Shown one piece after another: positions 1-12,628 of a stretch of 62,915 nucleotides of DNA. The stretch covers positions 489,271-552,185 of the forward strand of contig NW_004797499.1 in NCBI RefSeq assembly GCF_000002075.1, given 5' to 3'. A program made the position numbers and the translations under genes. The number at the start of each line of letters is the position of its first letter. Position 1 is the first letter of the stretch. The notes beneath the pieces are model-generated. The model saw only the letters and a program-made list of their open reading frames with translations. It did no database searches and was not told the DNA's origin. The DNA is from Aplysia californica. Lineage: Eukaryota.

Positions 1-43
<43 letters not shown>

Positions 44-58
44 GTGTGTGTGCGCGCG
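1..58. repeat. (TG)n microsatellite
   Basis: Direct reading; other (CA)/(GA)n tracts at ~2029, 7620-7950, 18448, 27091, 44140, 48780, 49770. Confidence 0.95.
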
Positions 59-1011
59 CCTTCTTGTATATTAATATAATAATATAATCTACACCTACCA
101 TAATCAAAAATAGACTCTTTTGTACACGCACGATAGAAAAAATCGCCCAAACAAACAAACAAACAAAAACACATCTGCATAAAGTCTCCCAGTTCAAGAT
201 AGTATCGCAGTTCGCAGTACTGTATTTTAATACTGTAAACATAATATGGATATCAACCTGAATATGTGACATAGGAGGCTCTGTAGCCGTACCAGCCAAC
301 TCAAGCTAATGAAACTTTTCTTTTAAAAATGTTTACGAAATTGATAGCTAATCGGCATTAGCAACAGTTTTGAACGTACAGTAACTTGTGTAAAGTACTT
401 TGGCTATACAGTACTGTATAAGACATTGTATTCTATAAAGAGCACAATTTGATACGCCGAAGGCAATTCGACCCTCATACAATGACATGCTTCTATTTAT
501 TCAGGGGTAGCCCAAACTGATAAATGACATTTCCAGATACATGTCGTGTATATTTTATTATACAGTCAGACTCCAACTTCGTCCTCCGACACCGTAAAAA
601 ACAAAACAAACCCAGCCAAGCAAACAAAGAAACAAGCACACGTGAACGCATCTGACACACACACATATATAACAGGCTGGTAAGAATGTCCACATATGGA
701 GATGACAAAATATTCATATTATCGTAAGAGTGGAAAAATTATGGTAATATAAAAAAAAGTCTACGTGAGAAAACTGCACAAACAAAACGTGTGTTTAAGT
801 TCATTAAAATTTAATCTCTTGTTGTTTCTAAATCAACATGATTTTGATGTTCTGAATGATAACCCCATCTTATTCTCTTATACCTTACTGAACAGACACC
901 TCAACTTCGTTCTTGTCGGATGTGACTTCAACTGTGGTAGCTACGGAACAGGTAACGGACGATTGATCGTGGGGTTATTTTTTGTTTAGAAAAAAAAAAT
1001 AATTTGTGAGT

Positions 1012-1536
1012 GTTTTTCGGCGCTCGCAACTGCATAAGGTCATACGGACGCTCGGGACACATTAAACATTTTCAATTTTCTGTTGGTAGAAAATTTTGAA
1101 TTTTGTCCGGGTTGCGGCCTAAACCTACTGTTATCAATTCGGGACCACCAAGGGATCTTTAACGTGCGCAATTTGCTCACGGGACCTCCGAGATTTTTCG
1201 ATGTTGTTCGAGAAAGCTAGGTGTACTGTGTGCACATAGATCTTTCCTACCAGAAGACCAGGGGTGTGGCTGAAAAAAAAACAGCAATAAGAAGGAGCCA
1301 GGGAGTAGCAGTAGAAAGGCTGCAGAAATAGTCAGGAGCCCAGAGGAGGGGGCAGAGGGGGTGGGGGCACAAAGCGGAGACGAAAGCAGACGACAGAACG
1401 TTTTTGAGATCAGGAAAGGATGAGATGAGAAAGGAGAAAGTTTTAGAGAAGAAAATTTCCGTCGCTGCCTGGATTCGAACCCGGGACTTATTGAATGAAA
1501 GGCGAACATCTCAACCTCTAGGCCACGAGAGGCCCC
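1012..1536 (-). mobile_element. tRNA-derived SINE with Nin/Deu-like central domain (family A)
   Basis: tRNA-like A/B-box head; GGAGGTCCCGTG..GCACGTTAAAGATCCC core; ATGACCTTATGCAGTTGCGAGCGCCG tail; homologous to 17325 and 29945 copies. Confidence 0.85.
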
Positions 1537-2028
1537 TGATCGCTTGTTTAGTGGGGCAGACTTTTAGACACACCGTATTTAAACCCCCCCCCCCCCCNNN
1601 NNNNNNNNNNNNNNNNNNNNNNNNNNNNNNNNNNNNNNNNNNNNNNNNNNNNNNNNNNNNNNNNNNNNNNNNNNNNNNNNNNNNNNNNNNNNNNNNNNNN
1701 NNNNNNNNNNNNNNNNNNNNNNNNNNNNNNNNNNNNNNNNNNNNNNNNNNNNNNNNNNNNNNNNNNNNNNNNNNNNNNNNNNNNNNNNNNNNNNNNNNNN
1801 NNNNNNNNNNNNNNNNNNNNNNNNNNNNNNNNNNNNNNNNNNNNNNNNNNNNNNNNNNNNNNNNNNNNNNNNNNNNNNNNNNNNNNNNNNNNNNNNNNNN
1901 NNNNNNNNNNNNNNNNNNNNNNNNNNNNNNNNNNNNNNNNNNNNNNNNNNNNNNNNNNNNNNNNNNNNNNNNNNNNNNNNNNNNNNNNNNNNNNNNNNNN
2001 NNNNNNNNNNNNNNNNNNNNNNNNNNNN

Positions 2029-2070
<42 letters not shown>

Positions 2071-2458
2071 ACACACATATACACAATCAAACAAGACATG
2101 TTTTTTAAACAGGTGTACAGGTAGACGTTAATTGACATCCCTACAACTGATGAACCTTTAAACTTGAACAATGGCCCATCCTGGGCATACCTAAAGAGAA
2201 AATGAGGATGATGAATAAATCAGACAAAAAGGCCCTACGCTTATGTTCCAAACTGCCGGCTGGGAATGGAAAGGTAAGCCTGGCGGTAGAACCATATAAT
2301 ATAAGATGGTGAAAAACTGCTAGAAAAAATTAAGCCTTGAGGCCAAACCGGTGGTTTCAACATGTTGGATATTCTGGCGACAGCTCCGCGTGTTCCGTCG
2401 ATGACACTTTTGTGTGACGTCACGGCCTACTAATGATGGATCAGAGTATTCAGTCATA

Positions 2459-3505
2459 TTAAAGTTCAACCATGACTTTTCCTACACTTTTTCGTGAATA
2501 CAGATATTCCACAGCGTCTACAATTTTCTCTAGTCCCACGAAAGGACCGCTGGGAGCGTCTTCGCCCCTGTCTGCGAATGCTTTGATCATCCCTTGCTCA
2601 CGGAGCCCCACCAGGGTATCCACATAACGTTGAATTTCACCAAAGTAGTCTGTGAGAATCATGCCTCTTAAACTGGCCGATTTGACGAGTAAAGTCAAAG
2701 GGATGGAGACCTCAGACTCAAACTTGAGCTCCTCGAACGTGTTTTTGTCCTCGTTTTCAGGGTAGCACGATATTTGACCAATCACAACGATGCGGCCTAA
2801 GCGAGCAAGGTTTTTCAGCGCGGCGTCGAAAAGTTCTTTCCCGACACATTCGAAGACTACATCGATCCCTTGCGGGTACTCCGAACTCAGAACAAGATTG
2901 AGATTTTCTTTCGTGTAGTTCACAACACGATCACAACCCAGTTGAGAAAGGAAGGCGACTTTACGTTCAGTAGAGCACGTTCCAATCACGTGACATCCGG
3001 CCAGTTTCGCTATCTGTACAGCAAACTGCCCGGCCCCTCCAGCAGCCGCCGTGACTAGAACCGTCTTCCCTGCCTTCAGATCTGCTTCCTTGTCCAGCGC
3101 AACGGCCGCGGCCAAGCCGCTGGCAAACATGGCTAGCTGTTCAGCCTCGAGAGAAGGTACGTGAGCAGATACAGCATCAGCGGCCACCGTGTACTCCGCG
3201 AAAGCTCCAGGATTCATGTAAGCTACATACTGACCAACTTTGAACTTGGAGTTTTCTCCCACTCTCACCACCTCCCCCAACGCTTCCATACCAGCTGCAC
3301 ACGGCAGCTGGAGGTCAAAGTAGCGACCGTTGGTGAAGTTGATGTCCGAGGCGTTGATGCCCACGTACTTGTTCTTGACTAAGATCTGCTCCTTCTCAGG
3401 AGACGGTACAGGCCCTTCCTCAATCCTTGTCACATCACGGAAGTTCACACCCAGTTTCTTCACAACAATTTGTTTCTGAGTAGCAGGGATTTCAGTCGAA
3501 GCCAT
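2459..3505 (-). CDS. PTGR3: Prostaglandin reductase 3 / ZADH2-like NADPH-dependent alkenal/one reductase (zinc-free MDR family), 348 aa, intronless CDS
   Basis: ORF 2459..3634 has VGINASDIN..GRY, GKTVLVTAAAGGAGQFAVQ (NADPH-binding), GCHVIGTCS, LGCDRVVNY, GIDVVFECVG and GKVMVEL, colinear with human ZADH2/PTGR3 as I recall it. The likely start is MASTEIP (ATG at 3505), preceded by a splice acceptor (ttttcctctctgccaacag, exon from 3534), so the upstream ORF extension is intronic or UTR. Confidence 0.93.
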   Translation of the reverse strand: MASTEIPATQKQIVVKKLGVNFRDVTRIEEGPVPSPEKEQILVKNKYVGINASDINFTNGRYFDLQLPCAAGMEALGEVVRVGENSKFKVGQYVAYMNPGAFAEYTVAADAVSAHVPSLEAEQLAMFASGLAAAVALDKEADLKAGKTVLVTAAAGGAGQFAVQIAKLAGCHVIGTCSTERKVAFLSQLGCDRVVNYTKENLNLVLSSEYPQGIDVVFECVGKELFDAALKNLARLGRIVVIGQISCYPENEDKNTFEELKFESEVSIPLTLLVKSASLRGMILTDYFGEIQRYVDTLVGLREQGMIKAFADRGEDAPSGPFVGLEKIVDAVEYLYSRKSVGKVMVEL

Positions 3506-4013
3506 TGTATTCACTTTTCTCCGTATGTTGGTGTCTGTTGGCAGAGAGGAAAACAGCAATCGAAACCAAAGAACCAACAGAACAAAACCAAAAAAATCCA
3601 AATTACATAATATGTAATAATCTAGCACGTACATAGCGAAACACGTAAATTACGAAGTTTTTCAGGTCTTGGAAAACAGTGTACTTACATAATGAAATTC
3701 GCACATGACTAAAAGATTTCTGCGTCCCGTTGATTTCGCTACGTGCGTGCTGGACTGAATATTATTATGTTAAAACGAAAAGAAAAACCGGGGTGGGAAC
3801 AGATTTCTGTAAGACCGACAACATAGCTTTTTTGGGTATATTTCGAATATCATGAACTAAAATATGTTCTTCTTTTATAGGTTGGGTAACAGATCAGTGA
3901 CTGCAGCACTTTAGTACATGTATTAAACTTTGGAATCCTGAACCCCTTAGCCCCACGAGAACCACTGACGATAAAGGAGCTAGCATTACTATCAAGTCAA
4001 GAGTATCTTTCAT

Positions 4014-4500
4014 AATGTATGGTATGGTATGGCATCCTTCAGTCTCAGGAGACTATGGATCTGAGCCGTAGGAGATTTCAGGATCGAGAGCAGCGCTTGC
4101 TGTGGTTGAACAGGCCCACACGGGAATGGCAGTCCCTGTTGCAGTGGCTGCACTTATGAGTGGTGTCTTCCTGCGTTGGTAGCCTCTGGCTGTTCTTTTG
4201 GCGACGGCATTTGTCCTCAGCAGCCTGTCGGAGTCGGGCTTCACCTCTGACGGGACCAGCTCTCAGCGTCTGTCTCCATTTGTCGCAATCGAAAGCCAGT
4301 GTTCCCCACCTCCCAGTGTCCATATTGAACGATTTCATGTCTCCCTTGCACACATCTTTGAAGCGAAGATGGGCGCACCCTTGCGCTCGCTTTCCGGAGG
4401 CCAGCTCACAGTTCAATAAGTCGTTTGGGATTCTTCCATCCGGCATGCGATGCACGTGGCCAAGCAAGCAGAGTCGGCGCTGCCGGAGCGTGGTAAACAG
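4014..4500 (-). mobile_element. 5'-truncated RTE (BovB-like) LINE 3' end
   Basis: LGHVHRMPDGRIP...ELASGKR..G...LRFKDVCK and terminal C2H2-like CSHCNRDCHSRVGLFNHSKRC; short (CCATA)n tail. Confidence 0.85.
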
Positions 4501-7500
4501 AATATAAAAGTTGCCTGAAGGGAAGAACTTGGAAGTCTAATTCTTGTTCTTACTACTGTAACTTGGTGAGTGACAGTCAAAACGTGATGCGAGTAGAGAG
4601 GGAGTAAAGGTTATTAATCATAACTCGAGCAAAGAAAAAAAAAGTAACTTTCTAAGGGTATTATTTAGTAAAAGCAAAACAGAAGTATATTCCTGAAGAT
4701 AACGGACAAAGGGAACTCTTAGGTACTTAACAAACTAGTATCCCTTGTCAGAGACGCATAAACCAACTTAAGTTTTAACATTATGGGTGAGTTGAAGACA
4801 ACAACAACTACAACAACAACAATAACTACCACTNNNNNNNNNNNNNNNNNNNNNNNNNNNNNNNNNNNNNNNNNNNNNNNNNNNNNNNNNNNNNNNNNNN
4901 NNNNNNNNNNNNNNNNNNNNNNNNNNNNNNNNNNNNNNNNNNNNNNNNNNNNNNNNNNNNNNNNNNNNNNNNNNNNNNNNNNNNNNNNNNNNNNNNNNNN
5001 NNNNNNNNNNNNNNNNNNNNNNNNNNNNNNNNNNNNNNNNNNNNNNNNNNNNNNNNNNNNNNNNNNNNNNNNNACTCAAGTTTGGATAAGCACAAACATC
5101 CTCTCATAGTTTTTATTGTGTCATTCATAGTTTATTCTTGAGCTTTCTTGTAGCAGCGAGATAGCCCCAGACCTTTCGAGACACTATTATTTTTCTTTTC
5201 GTCTAAGAGGAGTCATGTGAACGAGCTTTGATTAACAAAAGTAGACAAGAATATGTTACATTTAAAAAAGAGAGAGATAAAAGTAACGGGAACGATATAA
5301 ATGTAATTTTGGAAAGGTCGGGCCAGTAATGTAAAGCACATAAAAGTAGCGATTGTAGACCTTAACCCAGCCCTGTTTTAACCCAGTAGTTGTGAGGTTG
5401 AACGACAAATAAATCTAAGGCCTATGTCGACAATTTATGTTACACAAATCTGAACTTTTGTCCCAAATAAATCCACTTTGAGTCCTTTTTTACGCGTTTT
5501 CCTTCTTGCTCATACTTTGATTATTCGTGGAAGCTTTAATGCATTTACTCAGCCGAGAGACAATGGTCTACATCTTGGAACTTCAGCATGTTTATAAGCT
5601 GGCCATTCTAGCCTACTTACCTGAGGCAAAGGAGACGTCTCGGTGTTATACAGGATCAATTGAACACAAGAACAGACGCTACTGCACAGCGCACAGAAGT
5701 GGGTATCTTAAAATACAGCAAGGCCTCCCACAGCAAAGACAAAAACAAAAATTACAACAAAATAAAAGAATAATAAAATAGCGTACAAGCCGCAACTGTG
5801 CATATAATACTGTAAACCTCCTTTCACACATCACCTCCTGTAGATAAAGCGCTGCCATTGAATTACGAAGTCCTATCTACTCAGCATCTAGTTTAGATAA
5901 ATTTGAAGTTAAACATTTTGAGTTTCACTACAAGATCAAGCTTTTTCGAATGAAATTCGTTGACTATCTTGAAAATAACTCAGAATAATCTTTAAATTTT
6001 GATAGAGCAGATGGGACATTTGGTTTCTGACCCATGGTCTTAGTAACTCAAAACGGTTAAAAAATGTCAAATAGAATTGTTTAATTCTACGATAGTCAAA
6101 AGTGTAATGAAAAGTTGGAAAGAAAACTAAATAAAAAGTGATTTATTTGCACAATTCAGCAGATTTATATTATTATTATTGGGGGTGTTTAATTTTATTT
6201 TCGAGAAAAATCAGGTGCATCTTTATTTTAAAGTACTTTCGAGGAAGATCAACTCCTTGTCAAAGTAACAAACATAAGGACTTTTTGCCTTCTCGGGACG
6301 ATTGTAAGTGGACAATGACACAGCGTAATAAAAACCCCACTAAGACTTCCACTTTTTAACATGTCTTACGAGCACCCTTCTATTCTCTGGGCTTTTATAA
6401 TCGTGTTGCAGGTGCTGTAAAACGCTTAGTAAATCAAAACATTCTATTCTCAGTCTGCTCCATGTTTCTACGGTTTGTTTGTTAATCGCTAATTTTTTCA
6501 TGTTTACGGTATTTGCTTAACACCTAAACTCGCTCGGGACATAGCTGGCACATTATCATATGTAATTAAGGCAATGCGAACAATTCGAAACTTCATAAAC
6601 CAATTAGAAATACGAGTTTGTAACATTTCCTGGAATGCACGTTGTGGCCCACCTTTTTAACTATTAGGCAACAAAAATTAAAAAAATCAGATTTGAAAAT
6701 TCTCTATAAATAACGAAGTTATGCGTCTTCAAGCGTTTGTGGCCGAATGGTCGCTCTTAAGGGTAAGTATATGCATGTATTTTACCGTCGATAAGCGAAG
6801 TGTCGTAGAACACCTCACTGCAATGTCACGGGTATCCATAGGCGGAACCACAACAATTGTTGAAACTGGTGTGTTTGAAACTTGGCTCTCGACGACGAGG
6901 GAGTCATTTGAGAATGAAAAAAAGTTCGTAGTGTACATGGTCGCTGCTTGTAAGCCCAAACTTGTGATTTTATGCAGTTGCAAGCGATGGGAAAACACTT
7001 ACCAAAAAACAAACTAACAATAAACAAATAAACAAACAAACCGAAACCGATAGAACCTGTGGGAATATCCCTAACACTGTGCCTTACTTCAATCAGAAAC
7101 AAACTTGTAGTTCAGGGGAAGTGCTAATTTATATCCAGCTCTTAAAAACTGGCATCATAGTGAAAATTGGTATGATAATTTGATTTGTCATTATTTTAAT
7201 TTTTTTTGTTTAATTCATATGAAAGTTAAAAAAAGGTTTCGTTTTCCACTGCTCAATGACTGTTTATCCAGTTTAGTCCGCGATTTTCAGTGTTATTAAT
7301 TTGAGTTTGGTCCCCCTTTGCGATTGTATGCACATTATGCCTTCAGAGCATTGGCAGTTTAAAGATTTGTAAGTATGTGTGTCATTATCACCTACGGTGG
7401 ACCATAGTGAGGTGCCAACGCATTTAATTTCTAAAAGAAGCTGTTTTCTTGCCCAATAAAACGCCGTCGCCCCTGTTGCAAAACGCGCGGGTTACGAATC

Positions 7501-7914
7501 TGGGGCAACGAGAGAAAAAAGGCTGCAATCTAGCACGCCCCTATCAAGTTTTCACATTCAACACTTAACAGGCTGCACCGCGTCAGTCGTCAGATAAGTA
7601 AAGGTCATCGTGATTAAGTGAGAGAGAGAGAGAGAGAGAGANNNNNNNNNNNNNNNNNNNNNNNNNNNNNNNNNNNNNNNNNNNNNNNNNNNNNNNNNNN
7701 NNNNNNNNNNNNNNNNNNNNNNNNNNNNNNNNNNNNNNNNNNNNNNNNNNNNNNNNNNNNNNNNNNNNNNNNNNNNNNNNNNNNNNNNNNNNNNNNNNNN
7801 NNNNNNNNNNNNNNNNNNNNNNNNNNNNNNNNNNNNNNNNNNNNNNNNNNNNNNNNNNNNNNNNNNNNNNNNNNNNNNNNNNNNNNNNNNNNNNNNNNNN
7901 NNNNNNNNNNNNNN

Positions 7915-7953
<39 letters not shown>

Positions 7954-8396
7954 CTTACAACTCCACTCGGTCCCTCCCGTGCATCACAAATCCTTGATAT
8001 TGCTGTCACAGCTGGTGCCAGTGTTAAGAAATAAGACAATATATGCCTTGTTTCATCGGGAATCATCGTAATACCTTGCCCCATTGACCTATACAGGTAG
8101 CATAAACTGATGATTTTTTAAAAGCAACCAAAACAACCCCCCCCCCCAAAAGACCAAAACAAAACAAAAAACCCACAACAACAACAAACAAAAACAAAAA
8201 GCATCAACCACAACTAAAACAACTAGTAATATAATTACTATGATCATTGAATTGAATTCATTGGAAAATCGTGAACTGAATAACGGCGAATCAATGACAC
8301 CTTCTAACTTCAGAAAAAACTGCGACCAACAGGTAAGATCACAGGTACGCGTTTTATGTCGTAATGTATTAGAACAAGGATTGGTGGTATTCCTAC

Positions 8397-8575
8397 CAGC
8401 GTCTGTGGTTCAGTTATTTGACGTTTCGCCGTCGCAAGTGGGAGATCCGAGTTCGATTCCCGTTTGTAGAGAATTTTTACCGTGCTTCTCAATCTCTCTG
8501 CTGGGATGTTGTGTCCCTCTCTGCCCGGGTTGGCCAAGACAGGCAGGGTCGAAACCGGCCGCCTCCTAAATGTGC
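8397..8575 (+). mobile_element. Family B SINE
   Basis: gcgtctgtggttcag..cgccgtcgcaagtgggagatccgagttcgattccc..ctgggatgttg..cctcctaaat. Confidence 0.75.
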
Positions 8576-10766
8576 TACATGTCGTGTGGCAGCACAGTCG
8601 AGTACTTTAGTGTTTTATTTTAGCAAGAGTTTTACAGCATTTGCAACAAAATTAGGTCATATCAGTGTTGAAGATAAGAGGTGTTACTAGAAAGTATCAT
8701 ACAAAGATAAGAAGGAGGAGAGTTAAGTACGATAGGTTTGATAGGAAAGAAGGAGCAAACCACACTAGAGCACACACCAGAGGACACAGAAAGGCAAAGC
8801 CTTCCCATAGGACAAAATTTGCATATTGAGATTTTTAAAAAAATGCACATACTTTAACGCATTCATGAGACTCTTCTTTGCGATTTGCACTTAATTCAAT
8901 ACCAATATCTTCAACCGTTCAAAAGTTATGACTATTTGAATGACATGGGGAAGGGAGAACGTGCAACGAAGAAAATGACGTAGATTAATAAAGTCGAGAC
9001 ATTTTTATTTGCCAGTAAAATACATCAATCAATCAATGTCTATTTTAGTTCATTCTGAATGTAAGTAACATGCTTAGATATAATCGTGCACAATGAAAAA
9101 CAATGGAGGTCAAAATAAACAATTTTGACAAGGTGGTAGTACATTTACCAGCCTGCTGAAAGTGTAAGTAAGGTGTGAATAAGAGGTTATTCTTGCCCAG
9201 CTTGAAAACTGGGAGGTGCCACCCTAATACTGGGTGCCCATTAGCAGAATTGGATCGGATCGGATAAGTTCGAGTTGATGAATATCGGCTTCAGTGTACA
9301 CTTCGAATGGTTTCCTTTCTTGATATGTCAAACTTGACCCAGACGTTAAAGAATAAAAACTTTTGACGGGTGTGTGGTGTTTTTTCTCACCGTTTAGAGT
9401 ACAGCAATTATCTTCTATAATGGCTTCATTTGCCGACTGCTGCATATTGCGGCTGTATGTTGAGACGTTCTTCAATCCCACAGACATGGAAATATCAATA
9501 GCTGTCTTGGTCTATCAGCATCAGCTTCTTCATTATAATATTAATATCTGCTTTGTCCATTACCGCATCCGAGCAAATGTTCTAACCTTACCTTGTGACT
9601 GGTAGCCTACAAGCCCTGTGATTGGCTGTTTACCTCCCATGGTTTCGATTGGCTCGACTCGAGTGCCCGAAAAACAAAGGCATTTGATTTTAAAGCCCAC
9701 ACTCGAAATCAGTCTAATTTGGTCAAATTGTGTCCTTGCCCCTTCATGAACAAAAGCCTGGCTTGGCCAGATTAAATCGAATGAATCAAATAGTCAGTGA
9801 GCACTGGGTTTAACTACACTGGGTACAACCGTCATGGTCTACGACACAGGTAAACGGGTCAGCAGGGCAGAGGAAACATAGCCTGTTTGTGACCAACTAT
9901 AAGNNNNNNNNNNNNNNNNNNNNNNNNNNNNNNNNNNNNNNNNNNNNNNNNNNNNNNNNNNNNNNNNNNNNNNNNNNNNNNNNNNNNNNNNNNNNNNNNN
10001 NNNNNNNNNNNNNNNNNNNNNNNNNNNNNNNNNNNNNATACATAAAGCTGCGCCAGCTTGCTGATCTCTGCTAGCCTTTAAGTATCCGTCACCCAAAGTC
10101 ATCTCTTAAAAAGTGAGTACATTGTATTGGACAAACTTACAGGTAAGAGGCGAGTTAGGGGATTTGGGAAAGACTCCCTGGGATGCGGGAGGTTAAACTT
10201 TGCGTGCGAAATTTTCGAAGCAAGCATACAATTTTTGTATTTATCGCAGCTAAAAACGAACTCCATTTTCGGAATCTGTGCATTGTATCAAAATAAGCCG
10301 CGCAAAGGAGGAGGATTCTCCCCAATCGTTAGCGAAGTGGACGATAGATTGGAAAGTATAAACGGTTTGATAAAACGAACATTTCCCGTATAATATGACG
10401 AATCTGAACCAGACTAAACTTACGTGTGGTTTGATTGGCAAGAGTTGACCTTTGAGTGTGAAATTTGTTTTATGGCAGCCATACCATTTCTTTCATCAAG
10501 TCTCGTGTGTCGGTATTGTGAAGTGTCACTGAGTGTTATAATGAGTAAGCTGCTTTTGCGGTGAAAGATGTCTTCTGTTGAAAGTGTCTTCTTTTTTAAT
10601 GTGCTGTCCAATCATCGGCAGCAGGCTGTCAAATGATGTACCTGGTTTCATTCTGATATTGACAATTACTAACACCCCCCCCCACACACACACACATACA
10701 CATACAAGTCCCCCCCCCCACAAAGAAAAATAAATGAAATAAAATAAATAAATAAGTTAAATAAAA

Positions 10767-10797
<31 letters not shown>

Positions 10798-11845
10798 GTA
10801 AAAAGAACAAACCAAAATAATTTCACCAGTGAACACGGATCACTGGTCGGAATGTGTCTTCAGAGTAAATTATGTATGAGTGAGGATAAAGGTAGAATAT
10901 GTGTTGTGTGGCTACCAATAAATTGTAGCCCTGTAAGACTAACTTACACCAACAGAGGTAATTGTACAGGAGAAGCAAAAAACATACTGCGTGCATTTAT
11001 TGGTTTCTTAACGCAGTAACCTGGCTGGTGCGTGGGGGATTGTTTGGCTTTATTTGTTTTAATTTTTAGGAGCACTTACAATGTGCAGTAAAAACAAATT
11101 ATGGTGCAACGTATTGCTCCGTTAGCATTCCACGAGACTACCACGGGTTTAGGACCTGTTTTCTTTTTTGGGTTGCTTGCTTTCTGTTCACGGGGAAAAG
11201 AGACAAGTCTTATCAGGTCCAGATTCATAAATTATTGAGAGGTTTACAACCTAGCGGTAACAGGCCTGGTTCGCTAAGCTAGAGTGCGATTGTGTGTTCG
11301 GGGCTTAAGGCTTAAGGGAACTGGTTTGTCGAAAGTCGAAATAGCAAACGTTGTTGTTGACTCGTTCTTATTTAATGTGCATGTAACGTTTCAAATAAGA
11401 AATTGAATATAATCTGTGGATTCATAAAAACCCCCAAACCAAACCAACTAACCAACAAATAACCCCCCCCCCCCCAAAGAAATATAATTTTGATAATTGG
11501 TTTGGGATTACGAGAATTTTGTTCTGCGGATTCAAAGGAACCAGCTCTACACCCTTTCCTCCCCAAAGAAAAACAATCAAAGGAAAACAAGAAAAAGTAA
11601 GAGTAAAACATATATAACACAAAATAAAAATAAAAACCTTAACAAACAAAACAAAGCCCAGAAAACTCAAACCAAAAACTACTGGATACAAAGCATTAGT
11701 TCTCGAAGTAAAAAGCAATAACTGTAACGTGGAATCATGTAAATGATTTCTTGCATGATGAATGGTGTTTCACATGTATGGTTATATTCCAGTAAATTAT
11801 GTATTTCTTTTCAGGACAGAGCCACAACCTCGAAGACACGACAGA

Positions 11846-12628
11846 ATGCTGTCAACAAATCCCCCCGACCAATGGACATGGGAATCCGCAAGACGAATTG
11901 TGGTTCAGACCTTTGTCTTTCACATCGCCTCCCTTGCACTGATATTCGCTATACTCTACCCAATCATGATGAGGATCAAAGGCAATGCCATAAAGAATGT
12001 GGCCTTGTCGACAATTCTGTGGTCACGTGCTGTTTATGGCGTTTACATCTCAGTTTTTAGCTTCAACACACTTCTGCAATACTCCGAAAACTCTTCTGAC
12101 GTCATTTCCGGGAATCCGTCCTCGGCAACTCTAGTTGTCCTGGTGACCTGGGCTTTCTACATCACAGACACTCTCGCCATCTTTGTAGTCGGTACAATTT
12201 TCAACGTAATGAACATGTCTATGCTAATTCACCACCTGATCATTTTCTTTTGCTCATCTCTCATGCTGCTCCATGACAAGGGACACTACTTCATGGCGGT
12301 ATTTCTCGCTGTTGAGGTAATCCTTCCGTTTCTTGCGATCGCCTTCACTATTCAGAAATCCAAGGTTGCCTCCACTTCGTTTGGGCGTGTTTTTGAGTTC
12401 ATGTTCCTCCATGGAATGCATATGAGGCACGGGCTCGAGATTCACCTTTGGTACATGACGTTCAAGTACAGAGACAGAGTGATCGCCGAGTGGCCCGTGG
12501 ATCTGCTGGTCTCTTGGATTATTCTGTTAGCGATTATGACATTTTACCTCGGTCCCTTGTGGATGTTTGGATTTGGAAAACGCTTTTACTCTGACATCAA
12601 GAGAGTAAACGCCAGGAAAACGGATTAA
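11846..12628 (+). CDS. CLN8-like TLC (TRAM/LAG1/CLN8) domain multi-pass membrane protein, putative lipid acyltransferase, 260 aa, intronless CDS
   Basis: Motifs SRAVYGV, MLIHHL, KGHY..AV.LAVEVILPF, LHGMHMR and GPLW align with recalled human CLN8 (TRAVFGV, LVIHHL, AGHYLAMTTLLLEMSTPF, IHMFHCR, NPYW). Several hydrophobic helices; C-terminal RKTD resembles an ER-retrieval signal. Acceptor tttcttttcag ends at 11814, first ATG after it at 11846. Confidence 0.85.
   Translation: MLSTNPPDQWTWESARRIVVQTFVFHIASLALIFAILYPIMMRIKGNAIKNVALSTILWSRAVYGVYISVFSFNTLLQYSENSSDVISGNPSSATLVVLVTWAFYITDTLAIFVVGTIFNVMNMSMLIHHLIIFFCSSLMLLHDKGHYFMAVFLAVEVILPFLAIAFTIQKSKVASTSFGRVFEFMFLHGMHMRHGLEIHLWYMTFKYRDRVIAEWPVDLLVSWIILLAIMTFYLGPLWMFGFGKRFYSDIKRVNARKTD

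Noticed and set aside
3506-3634. Hydrophobic N-terminal extension of PTGR3
   Set aside because: Mostly upstream of a clear acceptor at 3535 and T-rich intron-like; homology starts at MASTEIP.
11762-11845. N-terminal extension of the TLC ORF
   Set aside because: It spans the acceptor at 11814, so it is intron or UTR, although an upstream coding exon cannot be fully excluded.
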